Shown here one piece after another: positions 12,659-26,436 of a stretch of 64,000 nucleotides of DNA. Positions within the stretch are counted from its first letter, which is position 1. Each line of letters opens with the position of its first letter. Source of the stretch: Lytechinus pictus (taxonomy: Eukaryota); the NCBI RefSeq assembly GCF_037042905.1, contig NC_087252.1:25856001-25920000 (forward strand). The letters run 5' to 3'. Under the pieces are notes generated by a model. It did not search any database and was not told the DNA's origin. It worked only from the letters and a program-made list of their open reading frames with translations. Position numbers and translations under genes: made by a program.

Positions 12659-14208
12659 TATATCTGACAACTGAGCTCAAGCACATTAATGTGAATGAAT
12701 GCCAGAAAGTTCTCTACATACATGTACATTGTGCATCTTCGTCATTTCAAATACACAATATTTTTTCCCCATTGAGAAGGAAGACGCCCCTTTTACCAAA
12801 TGGTATCAGCTCGCATTCTGTGCTTTCATCTTGTTGTTTAAAAAGATATGATTACTGTTCAGGATTTACAATGTAATTCACTGTAAAAAATAATTTAAAC
12901 AAATGTGAATCGCACAGCAGTTGTTTAAACAGTTTAAACAAGTGTTTAAAATAGTAAACAATCCCGAAACAATCAAGCTTAAATTATGTTTAAGATTTTT
13001 AAAATGTGTTTAAAAATGTTTAAAGAGGGTGGATAGTTTTGGTAATTCCTCGAAATTGGCCTGTCACCATTCTAATTAATTTGTATATTATATGAACGTG
13101 TATGTCGTAAAACAGTCATGATGTGGATGATATGAAATGAAAAGGTGTTTTTCATGGTAAATTATGCTCTTATATGTGTGAATTTTACTCTCTCGGGTTT
13201 CCCGACAAAGTAATTTCAAAATTGTAACGTACCCCCTCTATCACCCAAATCCAGTTATCCACCCCTCTGCAGACACACCACCACCGCTGCCGTGAGTGTG
13301 CTACGCAAGAACGATAATGTAGTCCGCTACATTGCCTTGTCACTCGGTGAACGGCAGAGCAGACTTTAGATCTAAAAACCTTGATCGCGTATCGACATTA
13401 GGATCATCGATCAGTAGTTCAGTACGTTCCTCAGTCACATGCACAACATGTAACACCACTCTGTTTTCCTACCTTCCTTGCTCTTGCCTTGGCTGGCGGG
13501 GGCTGGGGCTTGCGAGTACATCCCCGATTGTCCCCATTTCAAAAAGGTGCAACCACGATAATTATGATACGCTAGCACATAAATATCTGCTCTCTAAGTC
13601 TAACTTCCAATATAACACGGGAACAATTTAGAAAAGTGATTTCAGAATGAACACTACGTACAGCACAGAATTGGAAAAAAAACATTATTTTTCAGTCATA
13701 CTCTCCGACTTCCCGCGTTTTAGTATCGGCTCATATGTTGTTTCAGATTGATGAAAAAAGTTTTATTATGATTCTGATGAATCAAGAGAAAAAAGGGCAG
13801 TGAACCCAACAGAAAGAAACCCTTACATACAAAGGAAATTCCAAGATTATACATACTGTTTATGTTTTGGAAATGCACTGTTCTCTCACTAAAATGTTAT
13901 ATAAACCGTATTTGGGTAAATTGTGTCTGAATTCATAGACTAGTAGGACCTACAGTATCCACGTTGGCTGCACTGTCCTTTCTATGTATGCAGTAGGCCT
14001 GGCGGAATTGTATTCACTTGTGTGTGTGTGAGGCCGGAGTGTGTGTAAGCATAGAGCTATATGGTGTATTAAGGTCAACAGCACTGTATGACACCATGAA
14101 CTGTATACTATATAGGCATACTAGTAAAAGGTCATGAAGGGTTCAGTCCACTGGTCATGTAGATGGAGATGTAATTACAACCCATTGCTCCTGACCAGTG
14201 GTACATAA

Positions 14209-14389
14209 TACCTTGGTCACATTTGTTCTACGGCGGCCGTACGGCGAGTCGATCGAAAACAGTTGTTTTATTCATTTTTATTCAAACCACCTATATACAT
14301 GTATATGTGGTAGCTGGTACAAATTTTTTTTTAAACGGCTGTTTTCGACTCGCCGTACGGCCGCCGTAAAACAAATATGACCAAGGTAT
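14209..14389. mobile_element. Short palindromic MITE
   Basis: TACCTTGGTCA...CGGCGGCCGTACGGCGAGTCG and its reverse complement form the two arms. Confidence 0.75.
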
Positions 14390-14907
14390 AAATGAGTACG
14401 TGTCCTGAGATAATTCAATCGAGCTCTAACTAAACCATGCATGGACCTATAACAACTAGCATGTCAGTGTCAAGTTTCGGAAAACTGGAAATCCTATGGA
14501 ATTAGTAATGAACTTCATTTTTTGTAATTCATTATTGGATAAAGTTCTGTACATAATTCAGTTCGATCGTATACTTTTCGATAATTGGATGAAGACCATT
14601 TCACATGGTAATAACCACTATATCACTAACTAAATAGACCTACCAAAAATTAATAATGTGCAATATGTAAAAGTCATGATACTAAGGCCGCGATCATCGG
14701 GCATTTTCCCCCATATTTCAAATACCTTTCCCCTTTCTCTTTCGAAAACTGGCAATGGGGAAACACTGACGCCATAATTTGTTTTGTGGGACGCCTAAAT
14801 GTTACTGTCATGCAGATCTGTCTCACTAAGTCTCAGGTCTTTATTATTTAGTGATCGATGTGCAGGATTTTACCTTCTCTATTTTAGAATGAAATAAATG
14901 TATGATT

Positions 14908-14939
<32 letters not shown>

Positions 14940-15682
14940 GGGGGGGGGGGGGGGGGCAGGGGGTCATTTTCACGTGAAAAATATGGCGAAAGCTGAGTCA
15001 TTTGATCTGCTACTATATAACTTCTAGTTTTGTATCTAAATGAAGCATGAATTAGGAAGCACAGCGATGGAGCGATCAGTCCATATCCCAACAAAAAGTT
15101 TATTTGAATAAAAAGGAAAATCCAACAAGCACTGGAAATTTCTTCAAAATCGGATGTAAAATAAGAAAGTTGGGACATTTTTTATGATCAAATTTCACAG
15201 ACCAGTTATATGCACATCCTGGTCTGTATGACTGCATGATGACGTCACACACTTAATTGTATTCTATGTCAAATATAAATAAATATTCTAATTTTCTCCT
15301 AATTGTATGTGACAAAAGTTTGATTTTTTCATTAATATGTAACCGCTGTGGATTATATTTCTATGGTTCAGTCAAGTTGGTCCTTATTATTTTGAAATCT
15401 CTACAAATTGTTATATAATTCAAACAATAAAAAAAATAAAAGAAAAGGTGATCGATCGGACATCATCAACTCTCATTTGCATATGATTGAGTTGTGCATA
15501 ACTATTCTGTGAAAAATGTGCGCTATGCGAAATTTTGAAATGTCACAATTTTTTCATATTTTACATCCGATTTTGTTGAAATCTTCAAAATTATGCTTGT
15601 TGGATATTTCTATTGATTAAATTAATTAACATTCTTTTCTGGGGTGGACTTGACCTTTAAACATTGAACTATGGTCAAGGTG

Positions 15683-16167
15683 CAGCGGCGTACCCAGGAT
15701 TTTCCAAAAGGGGAGCAAATTTTTTGGAGGATATTTCGTCCGCGAAAAAATTTGACAAGCAAAAAAAGAAAAGGTCTTCAACCACAAATAAAGGATTTCG
15801 TACCACCAAAAAAAATGACAAGCCAAAAAAAGAAAAATAGGGTCTTCAAGTTCAACAGAGGGTCCACACGTCTGTTTTCATTGCATTTTTACATTACAAA
15901 TTATCAATTTTGCTTCTCAAAAGGGGGGCATGTCCCCTGGATCAGTTGTGACTCGTCAGGGGGCAGGGGCATGTCCCCTGGATCAGTTGTGACTCGTCAG
16001 TGGGACAGGGGCATGTCCCCTGGATCAGTTGTGACTCGTCAGGGGGCAGGGGCATGTCCCCTGGATCAGTTGTTACTCGTCAGGGGGGCAGGGGCATGTC
16101 CCCTGGCCGAGTCAGTTGTGACTCGTCAGGGGGCAGTCTGCCCCCCTTACATGTAGGTACGCTAGTG
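15683..16167. mobile_element. hAT-like MITE related to 1689-2503, with internal ~40-bp tandem repeats
   Basis: CAGCGGCGTAC...GTACGCTAGTG; about 5 copies of GGGGCATGTCCCCTGGATCAGTTGTGACTCGTCAG at 15925-16140. Confidence 0.75.
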
Positions 16168-18156
16168 GCGAGGTGCAAAAAAAACAGGGACACTGATTTA
16201 CAAGTCATTATATAAGCACTGATTTTCAAGTCATAAGCACAAGGAGGTGAAATTGAGAACGGTGCGAAGAGAAAAAATGCAATAAAAGAAAGAAATTAGT
16301 ATAAAGAAAGAAAAAACTGGAGAAGGGATGGGGGCTGCATGGGATTGCGTCGTTGGGAATTTCTTTAGTCTGACAAACTTTATTGCATTTTTTTCGTTTC
16401 TAACTTGACAAACAAGCCATGTACACGCCCCTCATTATAAAAGGGAGAAATATCCGGATATTGTCAATCGGACTGTTATGAGAGAAAAGCACAAAAAAAA
16501 TGTTGTGATATCGGCATCATAATTGATAGTGCATTGAAATAATGTTATTTCTTAATTAAAAAATAACACACTTTCTTGTGAATAGGAACATGGCTTACCG
16601 CTCCCCCAACCTCACCTTCGCAGAGGGTGGACAAAATTATACTGAGCAAGTATATAGTTGACCTTCCTATACAACCCCGCGGTATATTAAACGTTTAATT
16701 TTTGTTTGTCAACGAAACATAGCACGAATCTCTTGTAATGAAAAAATCTCTGAGCTGACTTTATAATTTTATAAATTACAACATATTTTATAAATTGAGA
16801 AAGAGCAGAGGTCGAAAATACAGTATATAATTGGCGGATCCAGGCTGGGGGCACCCCAGGAATATTTTGAAATTTGCTCATGGACTTACATTTTTTATTT
16901 ATTTACTTTAATTAATGCATTTTTTTAATATATTAATTAATTCATTCATTTATCATGTATTCTGTTTCATTTACCCAGGGTAAGAGGGTCTTGCACAAGA
17001 GAGCTATATGTTCGAAAATTGCCATTATGGGCCCGTCTGTATGCTATTATCCACCACTTTTTATTTCAAAATCCACAATGATACATTTTCTATTGTTCTA
17101 CAGTTTCCACGTTCCAATAAAGAAAACAAATCTTGACATCTGACACGAAACGAGTGACCATTTTCGAACTTTCTTCACAACGTTAATTTTGTATAAGAAT
17201 CTTCTACTATAATTGGCGTGCTTGCCTGACACACTTTCATTCCAATTTGATATTGACCGAACATTGCCATAAACATGATAAACTATACTGATAAATCGTT
17301 CTTGTACCATGATTGTTAATAAAAAAAGAAGCTGTTCACCTATACCTGGCAAAATGGCATTTAATGCATGCTCAGTTTCAAGTTTCCAATTTTCACCTTT
17401 CTAATGAGTCTAATTAGAACACAAGTAAAGAACTATAATAGCTCTTGAGGCCTGTTCAGAAATAATATGTTGGATACAGGGGCAGCCTTCGCTGATGGGG
17501 GGGATAAAATACATGAAAAATAAAACAAAAAAATCAGATCGCGCTTCGCGTTCTCATTATTTACTTAGGCCTTGTGAAATACCTCAATATGTTTTTAACA
17601 ATAAAATCTCAGATATCCTTTATCTTCTCCCCCCCCCCATTAATTTTTTTTTTCTTGGTGTCCTCTACAAAAGTTCAACAAGAACCCCCCCCCCCCCCCA
17701 CCCTCCGTGCATCCAGGCTGAATAAATACGCCACTAATGAGGAGAATGAGTCGATTGCTTCGAGATTGCATTATTCCCAAGAAGTTTTCATTAATATTAT
17801 TGAAGGCTATTCTAAAACAACTAGTAAAGAAACATCAGCTCCCGTTCACACAATATTCTAGTAGGGCCTACTCTGGAGAGAAGTTAAACCAAATTGAAAC
17901 AACGAAAATCGCTCGCGCTTCGCGCTCCCATTGATATTTCTTTATATATTAATGGATTTTTTTTCAACAACACATTAAAAGAGTGGTCTTTGATTGCCTT
18001 TTTTAAAATGTGATTATAAGATAATTCAAAATCCATTTAAGGCACTTAAGTTAGCCTGGCTGGGAGGGAGAGGGCGCCATTTTTCGAAAAATACACATGG
18101 GCGCCAAGAATCAGGTCAAATTTGGGCCCCCCTTATCACGAAATCCTGGATCCGCT

Positions 18157-18826
18157 GGGGTTCTATAACAATAACCCAATTAGGGCAATCATCCCCTGAC
18201 AACTACTTCAAGGAAAATATGATCCCCTTATTTTTACCGCCGGGGACTGTTACCCCCGGAAATTTACACTATACAATTACCCCGGATAATTACCCTTAGT
18301 ACGGAGCCTTTAAAATGCCATCGACGTGACGACATGGCGTGATACTTTATCCGAGACTTTATCTTGCCATGTATAATTAATAAGCTTATTATTTCGACAT
18401 GGCGATATATTCTATCTTGTCAAGTCGATATGTCGACATGGCGAGATATGTAGTGTACAAGTCCCGGCGAGAATCCTGATATATCGCCATGTTGACATAT
18501 AACTTGTTACAAGTCGACTTGGCAAGATAAAATATCTCACCATGTTGACGTATAACTTTTTATAATATGTGGACTTGGCAGGATCACGTATTTCGCCATG
18601 AGGACATAATAAGCTTATTTAGTCGACATGGCAAGATAAAGTATCTCGCCATGTCGTCAAGTTAATGGCATTTGAAAGGCTCCGTACTAGGGGTAATTGG
18701 CGTCTAGAGGGTAAATTTCCGGGGGGGGGGTGTAACAGTCCCCGACGATAAAAATATGGGGATAATATTTTCCTTGAAGTAGTTGTCAGGGGGCGATTGT
18801 CCTTTGGGTCATCGTTATATAACCCC
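18157..18826. mobile_element. Palindromic MITE with a nested second MITE (18297-18689)
   Basis: Outer arms include CCCCTGACAACTACTTCAAGGAAAATAT and its reverse complement; inner element TAGTACGGAGCC...GGCTCCGTACTA carries GACATGGC repeats. Confidence 0.75.
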
Positions 18827-19984
18827 ATGGACTCGTATCATTGACCTTTTGACCTCTTGATGACATTGGATCTCACTATATCCTTATCATAATTTTACAC
18901 ACATCGCGGACTATCGGACCCGCGGTCTATCGGACCCGCGGTCTATCGGACCCGCGGACTATCGGACCCGCGGTCTATCGGACCCGCGGTCTATCGGGCT
19001 GTAACCGAATTTATCATGATATATTTAAATTTATTGCTCGAGGGAACCATGAAGCGATCTATGTTTTATAGCTCCATGAGGGAACTAACTTTAATTCATC
19101 GTCTAACATTCAGACAGCAGGTCCCTATTTTAATAGGAAAATAGGCCAGAATCATCCAAATCCTCCCGTGTCTGAATCATCCTCCGTGGAAACTGCCGTG
19201 TATCGTGAGATTTGGGTGAGATTTTCTTTCTCTAAGAATTTACCTTATTCATCAATTGAATTTTGATGACATTGCACCCCGGTTGACATAGTAAATGTTT
19301 CTCTTTCATATTGGTCATTTATTTTGTACCGACTTTTTTTTTAAAGATAAGTGAATTTCAGGCCTGAAAATGTGCCTCTAGACTGAATTTTCTTCGTCTG
19401 TTTCCCCATGGACTCGTATCATTGACCTTTTGACCTCTTGATGACATTGGATCTCACTATATCCTTATCATAATTTTACACACATCGCGGACTATCGGAC
19501 CCGCGGTCTATCGGACCCGCGGTCTATCGGACCCGCGGACTATCGGACCCGCGGTCTATCGGACCCGCGGTCTATCGGGCTGTAACCGAATTTATCATGA
19601 TATAATTAAATTTATTGCTCGAGGGAACCATGAAGCGATCTATGTTTTATAGCTCCATGAGGGAACTAACTTTAATTCACCGTCTAACATTTAGACAGCA
19701 GGTCCCTATTTTAATAGGAAAATAGGCCAGAATCATCCAAATCCTCCCGTGTCTGAATCATCCTCCGTGGAAACTGCCGTGTATCGTGAGATTTGGGTGA
19801 GATTTTCTTTCTCTAAGAATTTACCTTATTCATCAATTGAATTTTGATGACATTGCACCCCGGTTGACATAGTAAATGTTTCTCTTTCATATTGGTCATT
19901 TATTTTGTACCGACTTTTTTTTAAAGATAAGTGAATTTCAGGCCTGAAAATGTGCCTCTAGACTGAATTTTCTTTGTCTGTTTC
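18823..19984. repeat. Near-perfect 581-bp tandem duplication
   Basis: CCCCATGGACTCGTATC at 18823 and 19404; only about 4 substitutions seen; each unit has a 16-bp CTATCGGACCCGCGG(T/A) array. Confidence 0.92.
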
Positions 19985-20586
19985 TTTGGCAAATTGTGCA
20001 AAACTTTTTATTTTGAGCCTCAATGATATCAATATCACCACAAAGCTGAAACTTTAAACTTTCTCACTTTTACGGCGACCAACCGGGCACCGAGCGTATT
20101 TAGGGCGGCGAGTAAAAAGTGAGCAGACGCCGCCAGAATTTCAACTCCGAGCTAAATCTTAAGCGGCGACCGAGCGATGCCCCCAAAACTAGTGGTGCCC
20201 GAAAGGTCGCCCGCCGGTCGGTGCCCGAACGAAATTGGCTAAAAACTCGCCGCCTTTATAGGGCGGCGAGTGAAGAGTGAGCAGGCGTCGGCTGAATTTC
20301 AACTCCGCGCTAAATCTTGAGCGGCGACCGAGGAATGTCTCGAAAAATGGTGCCCGGACGGCCGCCGCTTGGCGCCCAAGCGAAATTACTTGGCTAAAAA
20401 CTCACCGCCCGGTCACCTAGCAGACTAATTTTGGGGTTTGTGTCCGTATAGCCTTACCCATGCATAATAAAGTAAATAATTTAACCATTATCAAACACTA
20501 TTAAATGACCTTTTTAAATATAATCATGATTAACCACTATTAAACAATTTTTTTAATATAGCGTGTCCAAAACCTCTATTACCAAC

Positions 20587-20665
20587 CTGGAAATTACATG
20601 AAGGAGCAAACGTTAAAAACAGATAATATCCAGAGAACCAGTTGTTTTCTTTTGGACCCCGCCAT
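20587..20665 (-). pseudogene. Signal-peptide exon, copy 2, with in-frame stop
   Basis: MAGSKRKQLVLWILSVFNVCSFM*FP-G|GTTGGT; TAA at 20594-20596. Confidence 0.75.
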
Positions 20666-21074
20666 CTTCAGCTACACGACATTGTTTTTAAACTGCTTTT
20701 CACTTTTATCAGTGCATGGATGCAAAAATATCAGTGTTTACCTTATGATTTATGAGCTAATTATTTACCATGCATCTATGTAAACTGCAATCAACTTTGA
20801 TAAAGTTAATGATTACTTGTTTGATATATTGTCATGTATACTCGGAAACGTGAAGGCCACATTGTCAGTACTTCATGTGCCAATCGAATTGAAGTCAGAT
20901 AGTATAACCTTTTGCATCTTAATCTTTATTCAATCTTGGGTAGGAAGACGTGCCTCCTTCCAAATAAAGTCAGCTTTCGTTCTACGCTATCATTGTATGT
21001 TCAATGAGATATGTATCCTCGACTACATCAGAGCGCTATAAACATAAATCCACAATTTTCCCGTGTATTATAGT

Positions 21075-21271
21075 ATAATTGAGGTTCTGTATTTGAGTTT
21101 GTACTTCAGTTTTGTCAGTCGTGTATCAATCAGATATGATTATTTACGTCTGGGACCGACCTTTAACGTCACCATACAAAAAGACGTGACTAGGGCTCGA
21201 ACCTCGAACCTCTGCATCAATTTGTAACTTCCCCACATCCTGGATTACAGGCGCACGCTACAACGCCCAAT
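21075..21271 (-). mobile_element. SINE with a 7SL(SRP)-like 5' head, B-box and Deu/Meta-like core
   Basis: GGGCGTTGTAGCGTGCGCCTGTAATCCAG...GGTTCGAGCCC...ATGGTGACGTTAAAGGTCGGTCCC followed by an A-rich tail. Confidence 0.6.
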
Positions 21272-21693
21272 TGAACTAGTAAACAGTTGATGTTAAGAAA
21301 GTTTGCGATTTTACGTCACGAGTATAAGGTGTGGATGTGTGAGGGAGTGAAGGGTTGAGAGATCTATCAATTTTATAAGTTGATAATGGGTTTCTCAGAA
21401 TATACACAATCAAACTTTATCTTAAGTGTTTGCTTATTGAAATTTTGTATTTATGCTTAAACTTTATCATACCCCGCATTTAGGCGCGATAATATCATTA
21501 GACTTGTAAATGATTAACCTTGTCTAAGATTCATTATGAGTTCTACCTGCTAGGGTCATGTGCATCATTTTCATGAAGCATGTCAGCAATTACAAGTTCT
21601 CATTCACTGACAAGTTATCATACAGTTATCACAGTAAATGTCAGAGACCAGTGCTTTTCAGCCAATCAAAGCCAATGACTTTACTGAAAAGTC

Positions 21694-23090
21694 GGGTGAC
21701 ATTCGTAATTCCGAAGGTTCGTTATTCCGAAGGTTCGTCATTCCGTCGGTTCGTTAATCCGAAAACGGAATAAGTTTCATTACTCCGAAGGTTAGTTAGT
21801 CCGAAAACGCAATAAGATACGTATTTCCGAAGGTATGTTAGTCCGAAAACGAAATAAGGTTCGTTAATCCGATGGTTCGAAAGATCGAAACTAAAGTAAG
21901 ATTCGTATTTCAGAAAATGAAATCAATATATTTGATTAACAACAGAGGTGTTGTAATTAAAAAAATAACAGGGTATTATTAGGTCAAAGCATGTATTGCA
22001 TCAAGTATTTGTGCTTGGATCAAACATCTTAATTTTGATTATCTCTTAGCAATTGCTGCCTGATCGAGGGAATGGATTAAGGATGTTGGGGACTTTGTGT
22101 CGTCACATGTTAAATAACCTAAAGATAAGGTATTATTTAGGGGAGGGTGCCATTTAAACATCTTCTGCTAGTTATGATGATTTTTTTTAAATCCCTGTAG
22201 GAAAAAAAAATGTCATTTTCAAAAGGGAAAATGCCTTTTTTCAAAATGAAGTGTGCCATTTTTCGAAATTAAATACTCTTTTCAAGTACATCATAATACA
22301 TTTCAAGTGGAAAATCACCTTTTTTGCTCGCGCTTCGCACTCGCCTCAGTTAATTTGTAATAAAGCTACTCATCCTTTTTTTCTGGATAATGCCTAGAAT
22401 GTCCAGTTTCCAGGTTGTATCATACATTTTCAGCTCGCACTTTGTGCTCGCGTTAATTCTTTAGTTAGATACACAGCTTTTCCATGATTACGAAAACTGC
22501 TCGGAATGTTTAATTTTCATTTCTTACTGAAATATCCAAAAATTTGAGCTTGCGATTAGCGCTCGCAACATCTTGCGCATGATGCCCTTTTAACAGTATA
22601 GCATAAAAAACCCCGTAATTGACAAAAAACGAGTCTTATAACTCCACATTTGAAATTGTTTCCGAACCGCATAAATGTCTCTAGACATATAATCAGAAAT
22701 CACTTCAAAAAGGCTTTGCGCAACTTGAAATAGTTCTGCCGCGCCCCTGACTTCCCATCCTCTTAACAATTGAAAATGAAACGGTCCCCCCCCCCCCCTC
22801 CATCCATCACGCATGCCCTTCTGGTTCTACAGTCTTCGCCAAATATTATTTCATTTTTCGGAACGATCCTTCGAAAAAACGAACCTTAATTCGGATTAAC
22901 GAGCCTTCGGAATAACGAACCTTACTTCGTTTGCGAACGAACGAACGAACCTTCGGAATAGCGAACCTTATTTCGTTTTCGGAATAACGCCCAAATGTCC
23001 AGATTAACGAACTTAAAGTGTTTTCAGATTAATGAACTTCGACGTATATGTATAGGCAATTTAGGGCTTTTTATTGCGAACCTTCGGGAT
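21694..23090. mobile_element. MITE with TTCCGAAGGTTCG subterminal repeats, interrupted by other insertions
   Basis: Arms at ~21694-21920 and ~22855-23090; uninterrupted copy at ~60060-60559. Confidence 0.7.
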
Positions 23091-24316
23091 TATGAATAAT
23101 AATAATAATAATGATGATAACGCAGTTCTTGTATAGCTCATATCCCTTTATGTCATAGCGTCCCTTGACCGACGATTTTTTTGTTTTGTTCCGATGTACA
23201 GGAAACCACTCCACTGTGGGCAGGTTTTGGTCTGACATATGCACATCAGCAGAACCAGGTACCAATAGGCAAATTGGTTTCAATATTATATAGATGCACA
23301 AGACTTGAAAGTAAAAGAGTCAGAGAGCGGTGCAATAAAGAAAAATGAATTTATCTAGGGGGTCATTGTCCCCCCCCCCCCCGAGTTACAAACAATCCAA
23401 CTGTGAACTGGTTTAAATACATTCATTCATGTTTATCTGAATTACTGCTGCCTATTAAAAATTACAAATCATGAATGTACAAATCCATTGAACAGTAGAT
23501 GGGTGGTAATTATTCCTCAATGCCCACTGAATATGGATTGAGTGAACTTCTCCGAAATAAAGAAAAAAACATCCAACCCCCCCCCCCCCCCTTCAAAACA
23601 GAATTCATTTTTTTGTAATCATTAAATCATGGACCCTACTTGATCTCGGAGGATCCATAATTCTTTCGCCAATTCATGGATTTATCTTTTACTCTAAAAA
23701 GACTGGCTTATTGCAGGCTGATTTAGCCCCCTCCCCACCCCCCCCCCCTCCCCCATTATGAACCGCCGTCAATTCTTCAATTTGATGAGCAAAATGACAA
23801 GTTTGTTCTAATTAACTATAAGTAACGTCCGTAAAATGCTATTTTCTTGCTCGGAGACTCTTTATATGATTCTGATCTTATATTATATAAAAAGTATTAA
23901 TATCATAATTACTTTCTTTTGTATTTAACTGTCTTTTAGATTTCTTATGTATTTCTTTGTTTTCAACTTTTTTTCAATGAAAATCGTCGGGGACTTTATT
24001 CTCACCAATACAAGATTAAATTAATTGAGTTAAATCAGTAAAATAATTATACATTCATTAATTTTGGCTAAAAATAGTATTTGCATTGGATTTTTACACA
24101 AATTTCACAGGTATTTTTTTAGCAATTTGGGGTCTACAAGCAGCCCAACAATCTGATGATAGTTTCAAATATGAACTTTGCACAAAATTTCGAATGCTGC
24201 ATCTTCTTCCAATATAATCTTGAATATTATTCGAAATATTTTTTTCTGTAATCTTTTCCTTTTCATTTGGTTTGAAACTTTCGTGTAAGGCACTTTATGA
24301 ATTTTGTATATTATTA

Positions 24317-24512
24317 CACTCTTAAAAATGTTGGGCAACATACGGTCCACACAACAATTGGTTAAAACTTTATCCAATTCTGGGTAGTTTTACACCAATA
24401 CTGTGTAGTTTTCACCCAAAGCACACATTATTGGTGTAAAACTACCCAGAATTGGATAAAGTTTTAACCAATTGTTGTGTGGACCGTATGTTGCCCAACA
24501 TTTTTAAGAGTG
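24317..24512. mobile_element. Near-perfect hairpin MITE with TA TSD
   Basis: TA|CACTCTTAAAAATGTTGGGCAAC...GTTGCCCAACATTTTTAAGAGTG|TA. Confidence 0.85.
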
Positions 24513-26200
24513 TATTATTTATTATCACTGCGCTATTCCGCATTCGTATAAGTTTATATTTCTTTAGGCGCCCTTACTACCAATAATAATGATCCCATTG
24601 GTTGTTATTCTCATCTCACCTCAAACAAGTTAGCAAAGAGTTTTCATTGATTAAAACTCGTTTGTTTAATCTTTATTTGCTTTTTTTATGTAACAACTTT
24701 ATATTTCCCTTTTCCTTGTCTTATAAAGTTTTCATTACGTTAAGTTCATTGCGTTACGTTAACAAGAAACGTGATTACTTTATCATCATATGTGATACAT
24801 ATAGAGTACTTAAAACTGAAGCAACTTCTTCACGGCTCTATTGCCACATTTCTCTCCTAATTCCACACCCATTGAATTACGTGTTTTGGACATATTCTGT
24901 CTTCCAACTACTGATAATAATGATCGCTTGATCCGCTCGCTCGCATTAGGATATTAAGTGTAATTTATATCACACCAAAATCATTACGATACCATTCGAA
25001 AAATTGTAATTGGCTTTTAACTGTCATCATCAAAAGACAAATAATGTAGTATCATTCACACGATTACAAATAACACTTGATGTGATAATTGACACTTAAA
25101 AGACGTTTTTGGTATCCACTCTGTCTTCCAACTTTTGAACATTTGCTCGCTCGCATATTAGTAATAATTGCATTCAACATTTTATATCACAACAAAACCT
25201 TATTATAGCCGAAATATCAATCGAAGTATGCTTTTAATTGAAAGATGGTAGTATTATGTTCACGGTTATACCCCTGTGTTTTGGGTGTCCCAAAATCTTG
25301 AATTTTCAGGTCAATATATCGCTATCAACCCCCCCCCCCTCGCTCACACAGCAGGATCGGATTTACGCCACAGTTTGACCGTATCATCGTTATGAACACG
25401 CATATGGCATACCCAATGATCATTTGCAGCATGGACCTGTTTGTACAGAGTATGATTACAATTGGTGCAGTAAAGGAAATGAGTTAATTGTACAAATAAC
25501 TTTTTCCAAAAAGATGGACATGACCTCATATCACCTGACCCTTTGACCCTTAGATGGCCTTTGACAACAACATCCTTATGAACACACATGTGGTATTATC
25601 TAAGGTCATTTGTACCATGTTTGAACATACCCTATGCAGAAATATGAAAAAAATGAGACCAAGTTGAATTATAACTTTAACATTGTTGTATAAACATACC
25701 AACAGACTATTAAACAAGAAACGTGATTACTAGGTCTCTGTCGAACTTCGTACAGGTTAGACGAAAATTGAAGTTTTGATTCATAATAAGAACAAAGAGA
25801 AATATTTTAGTTATAGATCATTGGTATTAAACCACGTTGAAATATTGATTTAAAAGAATCGTAACAAGACAGTGTAAAAGATCTAATAAATGCGTTAATT
25901 CAAACAAAATTCGTACCGCTTCTTTACAGAAAGAGACCGTATTTTGAGAGTAAACGATAATTAGTTTAAAATTAGGTAAATGGAATATACAATAATGCAG
26001 TACCTGCTAAGTTTTACATAATTGGGACTTACTCATTCAAATCATTTCAACATTAAAATCCTAACCCCTGCTGTTTTGTATTATTTTTATTTATGTCGAT
26101 ATCACAACCTAAAAACTTGATGACCCTTAAGTCACGTTTTCATGAAAAAGGTCGTAAATAAAGAGGCTTTGGTTCGGCATTACTCCAATTTGTTTAAGAT

Positions 26201-26436
26201 TGGTATGCTCGATCTGTAATGAAAATCATAAGTCAGAAAAAAATTGAACCAGTGGGTTCAAACCTGTCATCTACTGCTTTCCGGGCAGCGACTTAATCAC
26301 CAGGCTATCCTGATTCCCGGCTAAGTGGTCAGGTCGCTGCCCGGAAATCAGTAGAAGGAAGTTTCGAATCCCACTGGATCAAATTTCTTCTGACTTATTA
26401 TTTTCATTACCATAATTACAGATCGAGCATACCAAT
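26201..26436. repeat. Inverted repeat built from two tRNA-like arms
   Basis: TTGGTATGCTCGATCTGTAAT...ATTACAGATCGAGCATACCAA; each arm has A-box-like and B-box-like (GTTTCGAATCC) segments. Confidence 0.65.

Noticed and set aside
13230..13730. GC-richer island with a 99-aa ORF and a possible minus-strand donor near 13472
   Set aside because: No domain, no convincing exon pair, and no paralogous copy in the other cassettes; left unassigned.
15925..16140. Regular ~40-bp repeats that look superficially like a CRISPR array (also 181-352 and 60060-60559)
   Set aside because: No unique spacers, no cas genes, eukaryotic context; they are internal MITE repeats.
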